A stretch of 64,000 bases of DNA from a virus. This document shows positions 26,929 to 36,845 of the stretch, piece after piece. The stretch covers positions 11,765 to 75,764 of the IMG/VR virus record IMGVR_UViG_3300031251_000011. The stretch is one strand, 5' to 3'. The notes under the pieces are model-generated. The model worked only from the letters and a program-made list of their open reading frames with translations. It did no database searches and was not told where the DNA came from. The stretch's first letter is position 1. Every line of letters begins with the position of its first letter. The position numbers and the translations under genes were made by a program.

Positions 26929-27812
26929 CGTGTCAGCGGCAGCGGCGTGTCAGGGTCGTAAGCCGAGATCGTCGACTGCCACTTGCCGTTGGGCGTCCGG
27001 CTGTCGAGCAGATGGTCCACCGCGCCGACCGCCCACACGCCGTTGGCGGGGGTGAGAGTGCTGACCACCTTGATCTTGCCGCCGAACCGGATAGCGGGGT
27101 TGAACGACGTCTGCAGCATGAGACCCTGCGACGTGAAGGCCGGGTATCCGATCATCCCCGTGTCGGGCGCCACAACTATGACCTGTCCCTTCCTGGCCCT
27201 GTTCTTCGGCCATACCGACAGGATGCCGTTGTCTATGATCCAGTCGATGTTCGCGGCGTCGACGGCCCGCTGCGCCTGGCTCCGGTACGACCCCGAGAAG
27301 TACGGGTTGGAGAGTATCACGGAGACGCCGTTACCCTCGAAGACCAGCCCCATCTGTTTCGCGAGGTACGCCAGCACCGTGGAAACGTCGGTCGCGCCCT
27401 TGAAGCTCGTCGCCTTGGCGTTCACGACGTCCTCGGCCAGACCCGCGCTCGCGTCCACGCGGAACGCCACGTCCGGCGCGCCCTGCGCGTCGAAGTACGC
27501 GTTGAATATGGTCCCCTGAAAAACGGTGAACATACCTTCGGAGTCGCCGGCCGACAGAACCACGGTGTCTCTCGGCACCGTGCTGATTTTCATTCCCAGC
27601 GTGGACAGCTGGTTCATCTGCGACAGGGTCATCCCGTACACGGTTATCTGCGCGGTGCTCTTCATGACGCCGCCGGCCTTGACTATCCTGGACGATATGC
27701 GCAAGCCCTTCAGCGTGATCGTGTTGACCTTGGTGCCCTTGAAGTTCACCGCGCTGCCGTTCCTCGGCGCCAGCGTGAACGTGATGTCGAGCAGCTTCGC
27801 CGTGAAGCTCAT
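26925..27812 (-). CDS. Baseplate hub protein
   Basis: Position and 'ITVYGMT..MNQL..TGMIGYP..FNPAI.FGG'. Confidence 0.75.
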   Translation of the reverse strand: MSFTAKLLDITFTLAPRNGSAVNFKGTKVNTITLKGLRISSRIVKAGGVMKSTAQITVYGMTLSQMNQLSTLGMKISTVPRDTVVLSAGDSEGMFTVFQGTIFNAYFDAQGAPDVAFRVDASAGLAEDVVNAKATSFKGATDVSTVLAYLAKQMGLVFEGNGVSVILSNPYFSGSYRSQAQRAVDAANIDWIIDNGILSVWPKNRARKGQVIVVAPDTGMIGYPAFTSQGLMLQTSFNPAIRFGGKIKVVSTLTPANGVWAVGAVDHLLDSRTPNGKWQSTISAYDPDTPLPLTR

Positions 27813-28126
27813 GACTCAAGCGCCGTGAGGTCGGCGGAGTTCAGGTAGACCAGCTGAAACCTGGTCCCAAGCTCCGCGAAGTACGGGTTGTCACGCGCGC
27901 CGCTGGAGTCGTAGAACACCAGGTCACCCACGAGCCCGAGGTACGCGTCGCGCACGATGCGGTTCATGTTCTGGCAGATCACGAGCCCGACTATCTCGAC
28001 GTTCTCCACCTGCACGTTGATGAACAGCCCGCTCGCGAGCTGCCGCAGCGTCAGGACGACCTGCTGGTCGGCGAGGATCACGCCGAACGTCTGCGCGGGG
28101 GTTGCGCGGAGCGGGATCAGCTGCAT
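27809..28126 (-). CDS. Small baseplate protein
   Basis: 'IPL...PAQ.F.V.L..Q..GDL.F.D..G..P....LG.RF.LVY'. Confidence 0.7.
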   Translation of the reverse strand: MQLIPLRATPAQTFGVILADQQVVLTLRQLASGLFINVQVENVEIVGLVICQNMNRIVRDAYLGLVGDLVFYDSSGARDNPYFAELGTRFQLVYLNSADLTALES

Positions 28127-28130
28127 GGCG

Positions 28131-28715
28131 TCACGGGGCGTTGAAGGCTGCGCTGATGATCGACTGCTGGCTCGCCGTCGTATCTTTTGCCTGCACCTGG
28201 CCCCCGTCCTGCGTCGCGGCCCCGCTGGGCGCCGCCGTGTCGGTCGTTGCGACGGTCGCGTTCTCTCTGATCTCCGTCAACCACACGGCCACGGTTATCA
28301 GGCCGGCGCCGTTCACGGCGGTTCGCCTGTAATCGTAGTGCATGATGTTGACGCTGGTGTAGGTCTTCTCCGGCGTCACGACGTCGTACTTCTTGAGGTC
28401 CCCGGCCACCTGGTCGATGGAGGCGAGCAGGTGCTGACGGTTCCTGAAGCTGCCGCCCGAGCTGAACGTGATGCGGGCGGAGAACGGCGTGTCGACCTTG
28501 TCGTAGCTCTCGAACGCCCCCTGTTCCATCGGGTAGTCCGCGACGGTCCACTCCTGCTTGTACTCGAAGTTCACGACGTTGTCGGCGACCACGACCGACT
28601 CGCCGCTGTCGTTGAAGATACCCCACAGCGGTTCGATGATACCGAACGCGGCGAGGTCCCGCTGGATTATCGTCGGGCCGCCGCCGAAGCCGAAGACCGT
28701 CGGGAGACTGGCCAC
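28131..28715 (-). CDS. Tail tube initiator/Dit-like protein
   Basis: Follows the TMP; 'YPMEQGAF.SY.KV..P..YDVVTPE'. Confidence 0.7.
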   Translation of the reverse strand: MASLPTVFGFGGGPTIIQRDLAAFGIIEPLWGIFNDSGESVVVADNVVNFEYKQEWTVADYPMEQGAFESYDKVDTPFSARITFSSGGSFRNRQHLLASIDQVAGDLKKYDVVTPEKTYTSVNIMHYDYRRTAVNGAGLITVAVWLTEIRENATVATTDTAAPSGAATQDGGQVQAKDTTASQQSIISAAFNAP

Positions 28716-28717
28716 GG

Positions 28718-30841
28718 CTAAATCTGCCCATAGTTCGAGTTGGCGGCGAACGTGTTCCGCTCCAGCGCCGGCTTGATGTCATCGGCGATGCCCTGGGCGT
28801 CGGTCGCCTGCGTGTTGACGACGATCGTCCCGATGTTGGTCTCGCTGCTGGACGTCCCAGGTATCTGGAACGGGGGAAGCGCGGCGGCAGAAACCGCAGC
28901 AGCGGCCGGCGCTCCCGTTGGGACTGTAGCCTGAGGTTGTGAACCAGGGGGACGGTATAGCTCGGCGGCGAGAGCAGAGCGTTTCACAGCCTCAAGGCCT
29001 GCGTATTTAGGGCGCTCGTACAGCGTCGATAACACGCGTGCGGCTTCTCCAGGGCTTCCTGTACGCTTCAGCGCTTCTCCCGCCGCACGTTCACTGTTAC
29101 GCAACTCCCAGTCCGTGAACCTTCTCTGCTCGTCACGCGTTGACTCACGTATGTCATGCCCGAACACCTGCTTGAAGTTGGCCTGGCGATCAGGATGCCA
29201 CTGGTGAAGGCCATATGCTTTACCGCCATCACCAACGGCGTTTTTGTCACCTGTGCTTTCCGCAACGGTGTTGGCAACGATGCCGGTGGCCTGCTCTCGG
29301 GTCCATCCGAGCGCTTGGTACGCGGCGATGTCCTCGTCTATCTGCTTGCGATCAGCCGGCGCTTTTATAGCGCCGCCTCCCGCTGCCGCGCTAGCACCAG
29401 GGCCGTCTGTGTCGGTCTTCTGCCCCCACCCGCCGGTAGAGTCCTTCTCAAACAGGTTGCCACCCGTAATCGCGCGCCAGATCACGTTAGCCCGTTCCAT
29501 AACCCAGTCAAAGCCGGCGCTGAACGCCTGCTTAATAGCGTCGTAGATCGCAGGCGTCGCGTTGTAGATAGCTTTAGCCAGGCCGTCCCAAAAATTGACC
29601 CACTGCGTTCCGATGGCACCTACGAGATTGCTCCACGCAGACTTCACGTCCTCGGCGGTCCCGAAGAACAGCGCGTACGCCAGCCTCCAGCCGGCAGCCC
29701 AGATGTTGAACGTGTCGACCATGAGCTGCTTCAGGCCGCTCAGGATCGGCATGACGCTACCGCCGATGTCGTCCCACACCTTGGTCGCCGTGTCCCTGAT
29801 CGCGTTCCACTTGTCTGTGACGTACTGCCAGAACTCCCCAAACTGCGACTTGCCTCCCTCGTTCCACGTCCGCCAGTCGTCGTAGAGCAGAGCGCCAGCG
29901 ACGGCGAGCGCCGCCACCCAGGCGATCGGTCCGCCGAACGCCAGGCCCAGCGCAACCACTGCCGCCGTCACTCCGGCGAACGCGAGCTTCAGCTTTTCCG
30001 GGTTCGCCTGGAACCACACGAACACGTCCTGCAGCTTCTTCAGCAGGTTGTTGAACGCCGGCGACAGGCTCTGGAGTATCATGCGGCCCAGCGTCGTGAA
30101 CGACTGCGTGACGCCGGCCGTGTTGTACTGCAGCTCCTGGGCGGCCGCGGCCTGCTCCTTGGTGACGGTGCCCCAGCGCTGCTGATCCTGCATGAACTTG
30201 TTGAACACCTCATCGCTCTGGATGAGGATGTTGATGAGGTCCTGCCCGAGCCCCATGCCGGAGAGGATGGCGGTCGAGCGCGCCGCGTCCATGCCCTGCA
30301 CGGCCTTGTGGAGGTCCGGGAGCATGTCGACGGCCGTGCGCATCTGACCGTTGGCACCCATCAGCGACAGGTTGACCGCCGGGGCGAACGCCTGCAGCGC
30401 GCGGAGGTACGGGATCACGCTGGACTCGCCCGTGAGCGAGAGGTTCACGAGAGACTGGTTGAGCGAGTTGATGCCACCCGTGACGCCGGCCGCCGACCCG
30501 CCCGTGGCGTTGGCTATCCCCTGCCACCTCGACAGCGTCTGCGTGGTCGTCCCGACGATGACGGCCATGCGCCCGAGCGCGGCGTCGTTCTGCACCAGGT
30601 CCGCCGTGAACTGCTTGATGCCCTTGCCGCCCATGAAGGCCGCGGCGAGCATGAGCACGCGTCCCTGGAGCTGCTGCAGGAACTCGCCGGACTTCTTGGC
30701 GCTCTCCTCGATGGCCTTGCCCGAAGACTTCGCCTCGTCCTTCGTCTTCAGCCACGCTTGCGCCGCGGCCTTCTGCCCCGCGTTGAAACCCGCGGGGTCG
30801 AGGCCGAGCGTTACGATGAGACTGTCGACGACTGTGGGCAT
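28718..30841 (-). CDS. Tape measure protein with a C-terminal tail lysozyme domain
   Basis: Helical Ala/Trp-periodic body; 'GWTREQATGIVAN..ES..AYGLHQW...RQ'. Confidence 0.88.
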   Translation of the reverse strand: MPTVVDSLIVTLGLDPAGFNAGQKAAAQAWLKTKDEAKSSGKAIEESAKKSGEFLQQLQGRVLMLAAAFMGGKGIKQFTADLVQNDAALGRMAVIVGTTTQTLSRWQGIANATGGSAAGVTGGINSLNQSLVNLSLTGESSVIPYLRALQAFAPAVNLSLMGANGQMRTAVDMLPDLHKAVQGMDAARSTAILSGMGLGQDLINILIQSDEVFNKFMQDQQRWGTVTKEQAAAAQELQYNTAGVTQSFTTLGRMILQSLSPAFNNLLKKLQDVFVWFQANPEKLKLAFAGVTAAVVALGLAFGGPIAWVAALAVAGALLYDDWRTWNEGGKSQFGEFWQYVTDKWNAIRDTATKVWDDIGGSVMPILSGLKQLMVDTFNIWAAGWRLAYALFFGTAEDVKSAWSNLVGAIGTQWVNFWDGLAKAIYNATPAIYDAIKQAFSAGFDWVMERANVIWRAITGGNLFEKDSTGGWGQKTDTDGPGASAAAGGGAIKAPADRKQIDEDIAAYQALGWTREQATGIVANTVAESTGDKNAVGDGGKAYGLHQWHPDRQANFKQVFGHDIRESTRDEQRRFTDWELRNSERAAGEALKRTGSPGEAARVLSTLYERPKYAGLEAVKRSALAAELYRPPGSQPQATVPTGAPAAAAVSAAALPPFQIPGTSSSETNIGTIVVNTQATDAQGIADDIKPALERNTFAANSNYGQI

Positions 30842-30858
30842 GGGTGCGGTTGCCTCGG

Positions 30859-31086
30859 TCAGCTCTTCTGCTGCGCGCGCTTCTGCTGCAGGCGCCGGTT
30901 GTGGGCGTCCACGGCTACGATCTCAAGGAGGTCGTACACGTCCCTCAGGGAGTAGACGGTCTGGCATTCCGCGAGGGTTGCCTTGCCGGACGAGACGGCT
31001 GCGCCGATTGAGGCGGGGACGTTCCGGTATTCGGCGTACCCTCCTTCGCTCCCGAGTTCAAGTTCGAGAGGAAGTCGGCTATAGAA
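30859..31086 (-). CDS. -1 frameshift extension of the tail assembly chaperone
   Basis: Open -1 frame 'YRNVPASIGAAVSSGKATLAECQTVYSLRDVYDLLEIVAVDAHN' after the slippery site A AAT TTT. Confidence 0.7.
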   Translation of the reverse strand, partial: FYSRLPLELELGSEGGYAEYRNVPASIGAAVSSGKATLAECQTVYSLRDVYDLLEIVAVDAHNRRLQQKRAQQKS

Positions 31087-31463
31087 AAATTTGCGTGGAG
31101 AGCGATCACCTCCATGCGTATGTCGAGGACGGTGCCGATCTCCTCGATGTCCCCGTCAGCAAGCGCCCGCTGGTAGAGCGGGTTCTTGACCGGGTCCGGC
31201 ACGACCTGCACGCACTCGAACATCTCGTCCAGGAGCGGCTTGGCGTCGAGCGGGTCGAGCTTGGCGATCGCCTGAATGCCCAGCGCCGCCACGGCCTGGA
31301 GCGAGGGCTGTGCGTTGTCGGGGAACTCCACGCCGCGCCGGGCGAGCGCGAGGAAGAGCCGCGTCGCCCACCACTCTGTCTTCATCGCGTCGGCTTCCGT
31401 GAGCCTGAACATCTTCTGCGCGTCACGACCTTTGGTCGCGACGAAGTCTCTCTGCTGCCTCAT
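30945..31463 (-). CDS. Tail assembly chaperone
   Basis: Between tube and TMP; 'GRD..K.F..TE..A...EWWA.R..LLDEMFECV..DIEE..T'. Confidence 0.78.
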   Translation of the reverse strand: MRQQRDFVATKGRDAQKMFRLTEADAMKTEWWATRLFLALARRGVEFPDNAQPSLQAVAALGIQAIAKLDPLDAKPLLDEMFECVQVVPDPVKNPLYQRALADGDIEEIGTVLDIRMEVIALHANFSIADFLSNLNSGAKEGTPNTGTSPPQSAQPSRPARQPSRNARPSTP

Positions 31464-31492
31464 CTGCCTCTGCCTCTCTCAGTTTGTGACGC

Positions 31493-31927
31493 CTACGTCG
31501 GGTTCGGCACCGCCTGCTGCCAGGTGATCTCCATCTTGCGGGGCTTGAGCGTCTTGCCCGCGTCGGGGATTGGCATGTAGCCTGTCAGGAAGCCCTGCGT
31601 CATCGCCCACTTCTTGCCCAGGCTCTTGAGCGTGATGACCGCCTGCGCGGTGTAGGTCTCCTGCGCCACCTGCATCGCCGACCACCACTGGTCGAACTGT
31701 TCGAGCGAAGGCGAGTTGGCCTGCAGCATGATCGACTGCACGACGGGGACGAACACGAAGCCTCCCGACAGGATGCCGTCGACGCCCATCGAGACCTCGA
31801 CGGACTTGAGCATCTCCGTCGAGAAGATGTCGTCAGCCGCGAACTGCTGGAGCTGCTGCGGGGAGCTGAACACGCCCGGGATCGTGAGCATGTAAACCGC
31901 CGTGGCGGAGGTGAGTGAGCCGGCCAT
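31493..31927 (-). CDS. Tail tube protein
   Basis: Follows the sheath; 'QLQQFAADD..MGVDG.LSGG..LQANSPS'. Confidence 0.8.
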   Translation of the reverse strand: MAGSLTSATAVYMLTIPGVFSSPQQLQQFAADDIFSTEMLKSVEVSMGVDGILSGGFVFVPVVQSIMLQANSPSLEQFDQWWSAMQVAQETYTAQAVITLKSLGKKWAMTQGFLTGYMPIPDAGKTLKPRKMEITWQQAVPNPT

Positions 31928-31939
31928 TTCGTTCGCTCC

Positions 31940-33676
31940 TTACTGGATCGCGATGCTCGCGAGGTTGATCTTCTGCACCGCGCCCGCGTCCGTGTACCAG
32001 AACGTGCAGGGCGGCGATTGCCGGTTCTGCCGGACCTGCGCCGTCGCCGGGCTGATCTGGACGTAGTAGCCGAGCGTGAACAGAGCGTTGGTGATGTCGA
32101 CGCCGGCCGAGTTCTTGACCTCCGCGGCCTGCAGCGAGGACAGGGGGACGCCCGGGGAGATGGCGCCGAAGTTGAGCGCCTCCTGGATCGTGCTCCCGAG
32201 CGAAGCCTCGATCATCGTGTAGCCGGCCGTCGTGTACGGCACCGACTTGACCTGCGTCAGCAGAAGCATGAGGTCGAGCTGGAACTGGGCGTTCATCCAA
32301 ATCTGGTTGACGTAGCTGTCGGCCCACTTGAAGCTGCCGCTGACCGAACCGGGGTAGAAGAACACGAACCCGTCGTTCGCCGTCGCGTACGCCCCGTAGA
32401 AGTTGTAACCGTTCGCGATCAGGTTGTCGGAAACGGTCTGGTTGGTGACGCTCGCCGGGATGCCGGACTGGCTGCGGAAGGCCATCGTGGCGCGGCCCTG
32501 GCGCTGCGTGAAGTCCAGCGACGCGATGGCGCCGCACTCGAACGCGGCGAGGTTGTCGCCGTTCGGATCGTAGATGAGGATGGTCCCGGAGTATTTGTTC
32601 TGCTGCAGCAGGTAGCCGAGGCTGGTGACAGCCGGCACCGTGACGGTCGGCGCCACGTCGCTGTCCCAACACACGTAGGTCCAGCGGTTGTTCTGCTGCG
32701 ACGTCCACAGCGCGAACTCCAGCTTGACAGCGTTGCCGGAGCCGTCGTCCGGGTCGAACAGCGTCGTGTACGACGCCCAGTTCTGCGTCGTGGCAACGAT
32801 GCCGTCCATGAAAGCGGCCGGCGCGGCAGCCGCGGCACCCTGGCTGAGGACAGCTCCCGTCGCTTCGGTGAGGAAGATGTGCGCGGCGAGCGTGCCCGTG
32901 GCAAACGCCGCGGTGGAGTAAGTGCCCTCCACTCCGGAGGTCGCCACGAAGGCGCCGGACGTGCTGTCGTACGAGACCACGATCGGGGTCGCCGACGCCG
33001 TGATCGCGACCGGGCTGCCCACGGTCTGCGAGGTGTCGATGAGGTAGGTGCCCGCGGCGCCGGGCGTGCCGGTGAGCTGCGACAGGATTTTGGTTCCCAG
33101 CGTGACGCCGGCTCCGGAGATGGTCTGACCGGGCGCCCAGGTTCCTGTGATCGTGCCGCCGACCGTCAGCGTGGTCGTGGCGATCGTGGAGGCCGAGCCG
33201 GTCGCCGCCTGCGGCTGCGAAGCGTTGATGGCCGTGTTGATGATCGACGCCGCGTTGGAGTAGCTCGTGGCAGCCGACAGGGTGATCGACGCCGCTGCGT
33301 GCGTGTAACCGTCCATCACGATCGACAGGCTGCCCGTCGGGATGGCCTGGAGCTGGGCGAGCGTCAGCGAGGCCACCTCGCCGCCGCGCAGGTACGCGGC
33401 GACGGCCGCCGGGTTGTACTGCGTGAAGTAGAGCCGGCCCGGCTTGATGTTGGACCCTTCGAAACCCGCGAAGTAGACCGCGGCGGCCGCGGCCTGGTCG
33501 CTCGAAGCCCCGAAGTAGGTCTCGACGTCAGCTGCGCTTGAGAACGGCTGCACGGCGCCGATCGGAACGCGGGTCGTGTCGTCCAGGATGATGCCGTTGA
33601 GCGCGAGGCCCAGGCCACCCGCCGCGAGCACGCCGGGCTCGACGGATACGATCGCTTTCGCGGGAATGGTTGCCAT
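31940..33676 (-). CDS. Tail sheath protein (DUF3383)
   Basis: 'IPA..IV.V.PGVL..YFG..GYNFYGAYATAND.F..W.DSY.NQIW..WYTDAG.VQ'. Confidence 0.9.
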   Translation of the reverse strand: MATIPAKAIVSVEPGVLAAGGLGLALNGIILDDTTRVPIGAVQPFSSAADVETYFGASSDQAAAAAVYFAGFEGSNIKPGRLYFTQYNPAAVAAYLRGGEVASLTLAQLQAIPTGSLSIVMDGYTHAAASITLSAATSYSNAASIINTAINASQPQAATGSASTIATTTLTVGGTITGTWAPGQTISGAGVTLGTKILSQLTGTPGAAGTYLIDTSQTVGSPVAITASATPIVVSYDSTSGAFVATSGVEGTYSTAAFATGTLAAHIFLTEATGAVLSQGAAAAAPAAFMDGIVATTQNWASYTTLFDPDDGSGNAVKLEFALWTSQQNNRWTYVCWDSDVAPTVTVPAVTSLGYLLQQNKYSGTILIYDPNGDNLAAFECGAIASLDFTQRQGRATMAFRSQSGIPASVTNQTVSDNLIANGYNFYGAYATANDGFVFFYPGSVSGSFKWADSYVNQIWMNAQFQLDLMLLLTQVKSVPYTTAGYTMIEASLGSTIQEALNFGAISPGVPLSSLQAAEVKNSAGVDITNALFTLGYYVQISPATAQVRQNRQSPPCTFWYTDAGAVQKINLASIAIQ

Positions 33677-33680
33677 AGTT

Positions 33681-34463
33681 TCAAGCTCCTTGTTCGAAGG
33701 GGTAGTTAGCCGCGTCGGCCAGCGTCAGGGAAAGCTCATCGGTGAACCGCTGCGGGACGTCAACCCTGAAGTCGGCCTGCGCGTGCAGGTCGACGGAAAG
33801 CCGCTTCTCGACCTGCTTCTCGCCGTTGATGAACGGCGTCTGCCTCGGATCGTCGGCGTAGAGCGGGGAGAGCGGGTAGCCGTTCTCCTCGAACAGGTCC
33901 GCCGCGTACTGGTCGCGGAACAGCGTGGCGATCAGCGCCGCGTTCTGCACTGACAGAGGGCCATGCACGTCAACCTGCACCGTCACGTCAGCGGTCTGCG
34001 TGACGCTCTGGATGCCGGCCGCCATCTGCGTGCTCGTCACCGACTGCGACGGGTACACCTTGAAGACCACCGGGCCGCCGATCGCCAGCGTGTCCCCGAT
34101 GCTGCCGACCCCGATGCCGCCGCTGATGTCTCCCGGTATTGCCGTTATTACCGTTCCGTCCGAGACGCCGTCGCCGAACACCGGGCTGCCGACGTGAAGC
34201 GTTCCGGTGTAGCCCGGCTCGATCGCTGTGACCGTCAGCGTGTCGGCATCGATCGACCCCGTGAACACGATGTCGGCGTACTCGTCGAGGTTGGTCGCCA
34301 GCCGCGGCATCATCAGGAGCCACATGATCGCGTAGTCGCTGTTCTGCGGCTCCGGCGTCCGGTTTATCTCCCCCTGCTTCACCGGGGTGCCAGGGGGGAG
34401 CACCGCGAGCAGGAAGCCGCGCACGGCCTTGAAGATGTCATCGCCGGTCGGCGTGATCTCCAC
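33681..34463 (-). CDS. Tail terminator/neck protein with an inserted beta module
   Basis: 'QVDVHGP..ATLFRD..PLYADDP.Q.PF.N.E.Q.E.R'. Confidence 0.72.
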   Translation of the reverse strand: MEITPTGDDIFKAVRGFLLAVLPPGTPVKQGEINRTPEPQNSDYAIMWLLMMPRLATNLDEYADIVFTGSIDADTLTVTAIEPGYTGTLHVGSPVFGDGVSDGTVITAIPGDISGGIGVGSIGDTLAIGGPVVFKVYPSQSVTSTQMAAGIQSVTQTADVTVQVDVHGPLSVQNAALIATLFRDQYAADLFEENGYPLSPLYADDPRQTPFINGEKQVEKRLSVDLHAQADFRVDVPQRFTDELSLTLADAANYPFEQGA

Positions 34464-34466
34464 GGC

Positions 34467-34775
34467 CTAGCCGACCTCCTTGCAGAACAGCACGTCCACG
34501 ACCGGCGAGCCGGTCTGCTTGATGAACTGGAACGCCGAGAAGTTCCCGCGGAACTCGTAGGGCGCGGCGCCCGCGGCGATCGGCATGCCGACGCTGGCGG
34601 TCGGAGCATCGCCCGTGGACAGCCAGCTGATGCCGGCTCCGGTCACGCTGATCTGCACCATGTTCGTGCCCTCGGGCACCGCGTTGTCGGTGAGGCCGTC
34701 GGCGAGCCCGAACGGGCCGATGCCGCTGGCGTCGACCTGGTTGTACGCGAGCGTGACGAAACGCTGAATGCCCAT
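34467..34775 (-). CDS. Small virion-associated hypothetical protein
   Basis: 'W...GDAPTASVGMP' beta-sandwich-like motif. Confidence 0.55.
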   Translation of the reverse strand: MGIQRFVTLAYNQVDASGIGPFGLADGLTDNAVPEGTNMVQISVTGAGISWLSTGDAPTASVGMPIAAGAAPYEFRGNFSAFQFIKQTGSPVVDVLFCKEVG

Positions 34776-34780
34776 GGTGT

Positions 34781-35374
34781 CTATTCCCCGTTCTGAAGCG
34801 TGACGACGACCGCGCACCAGCCGGCGTAGGTCCAGTCCTCAAGCACGTTGTTTACCAGCCACACCTTGCCGCTCGGGTCGGTGATGAGGTCGCCGCCCTT
34901 GCCGTCGGCGCGCACGATCGCCTCGACCTGGCCGTAGAGGTAGCACTTGCGCATCGTGCCCTGGAGGTTCAGCCCGTCGATCTGCTGGAGGTCCTTCCAG
35001 CCCATCGGCTGGACCTGGCCGATGAGGATGAACGTGGCGTCGCAGGCCACGGCCATCAGCTCGTCCTGCGAGATGTTCAGGAGGTAATCGCCCAGGCCCC
35101 CCGCGGGGCCGCTGGTCTGCCCGACGATCACGGTGCCGACCTTGACGCCGGTCCCCGTCACGCGCTGGCCGACCTGGAGCTTGCCCGCGGTCTGCGTCCC
35201 AACGGTCATGACGTAGCCGTCGAAGTCAGCCTGGAACGCTCCGGGCGTCGCGTAGCCCGGCGACGCCACGCCGCTGTCGCTGATGACCTCCACGCCCGTC
35301 GAGACGCGCACGACGAGCGGGACGTTCTGGTTGACCGCGCCGACCTGCGCCGCGACGACCGCGTGCAGGTTCAT
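34781..35374 (-). CDS. Head closure/stopper protein with an inserted beta module
   Basis: 'MNLH..V...V..VN..QVQP....DL..DGLNLQG..GGDL..WLV..VLE.W..WC'. Confidence 0.72.
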   Translation of the reverse strand: MNLHAVVAAQVGAVNQNVPLVVRVSTGVEVISDSGVASPGYATPGAFQADFDGYVMTVGTQTAGKLQVGQRVTGTGVKVGTVIVGQTSGPAGGLGDYLLNISQDELMAVACDATFILIGQVQPMGWKDLQQIDGLNLQGTMRKCYLYGQVEAIVRADGKGGDLITDPSGKVWLVNNVLEDWTYAGWCAVVVTLQNGE

Positions 35375-35380
35375 CGAAGA

Positions 35381-36397
35381 CTAGCCCCTGATCTCGTAGT
35401 CGTACGTCGACGTGTTCAGGGCCGCGGAGTTGAAGGTGAAACCCGTGCCGGCGGTCCGGGCCGTGACGAACGCAGCGCCCACGGTTCCGCCCGGCGTGTT
35501 GATCGTGAGACTGATCTGCGACCCGGCCGTGACGCGGGCGTCGGATACGGTCACAGGCGTGGCGCCGTTGGCGGCGCCGGTCGTGCCGGTCTTGGGAAAG
35601 TACCCCTGCGCGACGGCAACCATCGTGAGCGTCGCGGACCCGTCCCGCGTGACCAGGTACTCCACCCACGAGTTGGCCGGCACGACCGTAGCTTCGGAAA
35701 CCGTCACGCCGACGCCTCCCGCGATCGTGATGGGGAAGACGCCGTTGTTGATGTAGCGGTAGGTCATCGACTTGCCGATGATGCCGAGGCCCGAGGCTGC
35801 CGCGATGATCGCGACGGCCGTGTCGGTCGTGTCGGTGTGGGCCGCCGTCTGCGCCGAGCGCGTGGTGAGACCGGCCACGACACCCGCGGCCGTGATCGTG
35901 CCATCGCCCGTGCCGCCGAGCGCGGTGGCCTTCGGGTTCAGCAGCGACGCCGGGAGGTTGGTCCCGTTGGTGTCGATGTGCGTGAGCGTGACCGTGGGAG
36001 CCGCCTGCGTGCCGCCCATCGTCCCGAAAAACACGGCGGCGCCGAACGGGGGCACGACCGTCGTCGACGCGAGCGTGACGCCCGAGCCCGCTGCCATCGT
36101 CATCGGGAAAGCCGTGGAGTTCTTGTAGGTGAAGGCGAACGTCTCGCCGACCGAGAGGTTGGCGCCGAGCAGCGCCGCGATGGCGGCGGCGGTCGCGGTG
36201 GTGTCCGTGAACGCGGCGACCGGGCCGGTGCGCGTGATGAGACCGCCGTCCAGGGCCGCGGCCGTCAGGACGCCGTCGCCGGCCGTGGTGATCGGCGTGT
36301 TGACGATGCTGCTGCCGTCGCCGCCCAGGATGGCGTTCAGGAGGTCCGCGGTCAGGACGCCGCCGTTGACAAAGAAGTCGATGCCGACTACGTTCAT
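35381..36397 (-). CDS. Putative head decoration/fibre protein with two internal repeats
   Basis: Two copies of 'GDG..TAA....GL.TR....AA.TDTT.TA.AI..N...FP.T...G.GVT'. Confidence 0.6.
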   Translation of the reverse strand: MNVVGIDFFVNGGVLTADLLNAILGGDGSSIVNTPITTAGDGVLTAAALDGGLITRTGPVAAFTDTTATAAAIAALLGANLSVGETFAFTYKNSTAFPMTMAAGSGVTLASTTVVPPFGAAVFFGTMGGTQAAPTVTLTHIDTNGTNLPASLLNPKATALGGTGDGTITAAGVVAGLTTRSAQTAAHTDTTDTAVAIIAAASGLGIIGKSMTYRYINNGVFPITIAGGVGVTVSEATVVPANSWVEYLVTRDGSATLTMVAVAQGYFPKTGTTGAANGATPVTVSDARVTAGSQISLTINTPGGTVGAAFVTARTAGTGFTFNSAALNTSTYDYEIRG

Positions 36398-36407
36398 GCT
36401 AAGTCTC

Positions 36408-36845
36408 CTATTTCACTTTGAATGTGACGCTGTTGAGCATCGTCGATGTCTCGATCAGCGGCTTGTCAAAACCCTTGCGTTTAATCGTGCTCTCCTTCAG
36501 CGGCGGCGAGACAAGCTCGCGTATGCCGTCCTGCACGTCGTCCCTGATGCCGACGCCCATCATGGTCAGCGCCTTCTTGGCATCGTAACCGGAGCGCACG
36601 AGCGCCACGCCCAGGTTGTGGCCCCAGGCGTTTCCGCGCTTCTTGATCGTGCGCCGGAAAAACGGGCGCGGCGGCACGTTACCGTGACCGAACTCGTTCA
36701 TAGCAGCGACGAAGGCGACCGGAGTGCCGTCAGGTTCCGTGGCGTTGCCCATGAAACCGACGGTGAGAACCGCAGCCTTCTTGACGGCCGCGCTCATCTT
36801 CTTCAGCGCCGCGTCCAGCTTGTCTCCACCCTTCAGCTGGACCAC
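36408..36845 (-). CDS. Neck/tail completion protein
   Basis: 'VGF...AT..DGTPVA.VAA.NEFG..PPRPFFR..KGFDKPLI.T..M.NS'. Confidence 0.78.
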   Translation of the reverse strand: MVQLKGGDKLDAALKKMSAAVKKAAVLTVGFMGNATEPDGTPVAFVAAMNEFGHGNVPPRPFFRRTIKKRGNAWGHNLGVALVRSGYDAKKALTMMGVGIRDDVQDGIRELVSPPLKESTIKRKGFDKPLIETSTMLNSVTFKVK

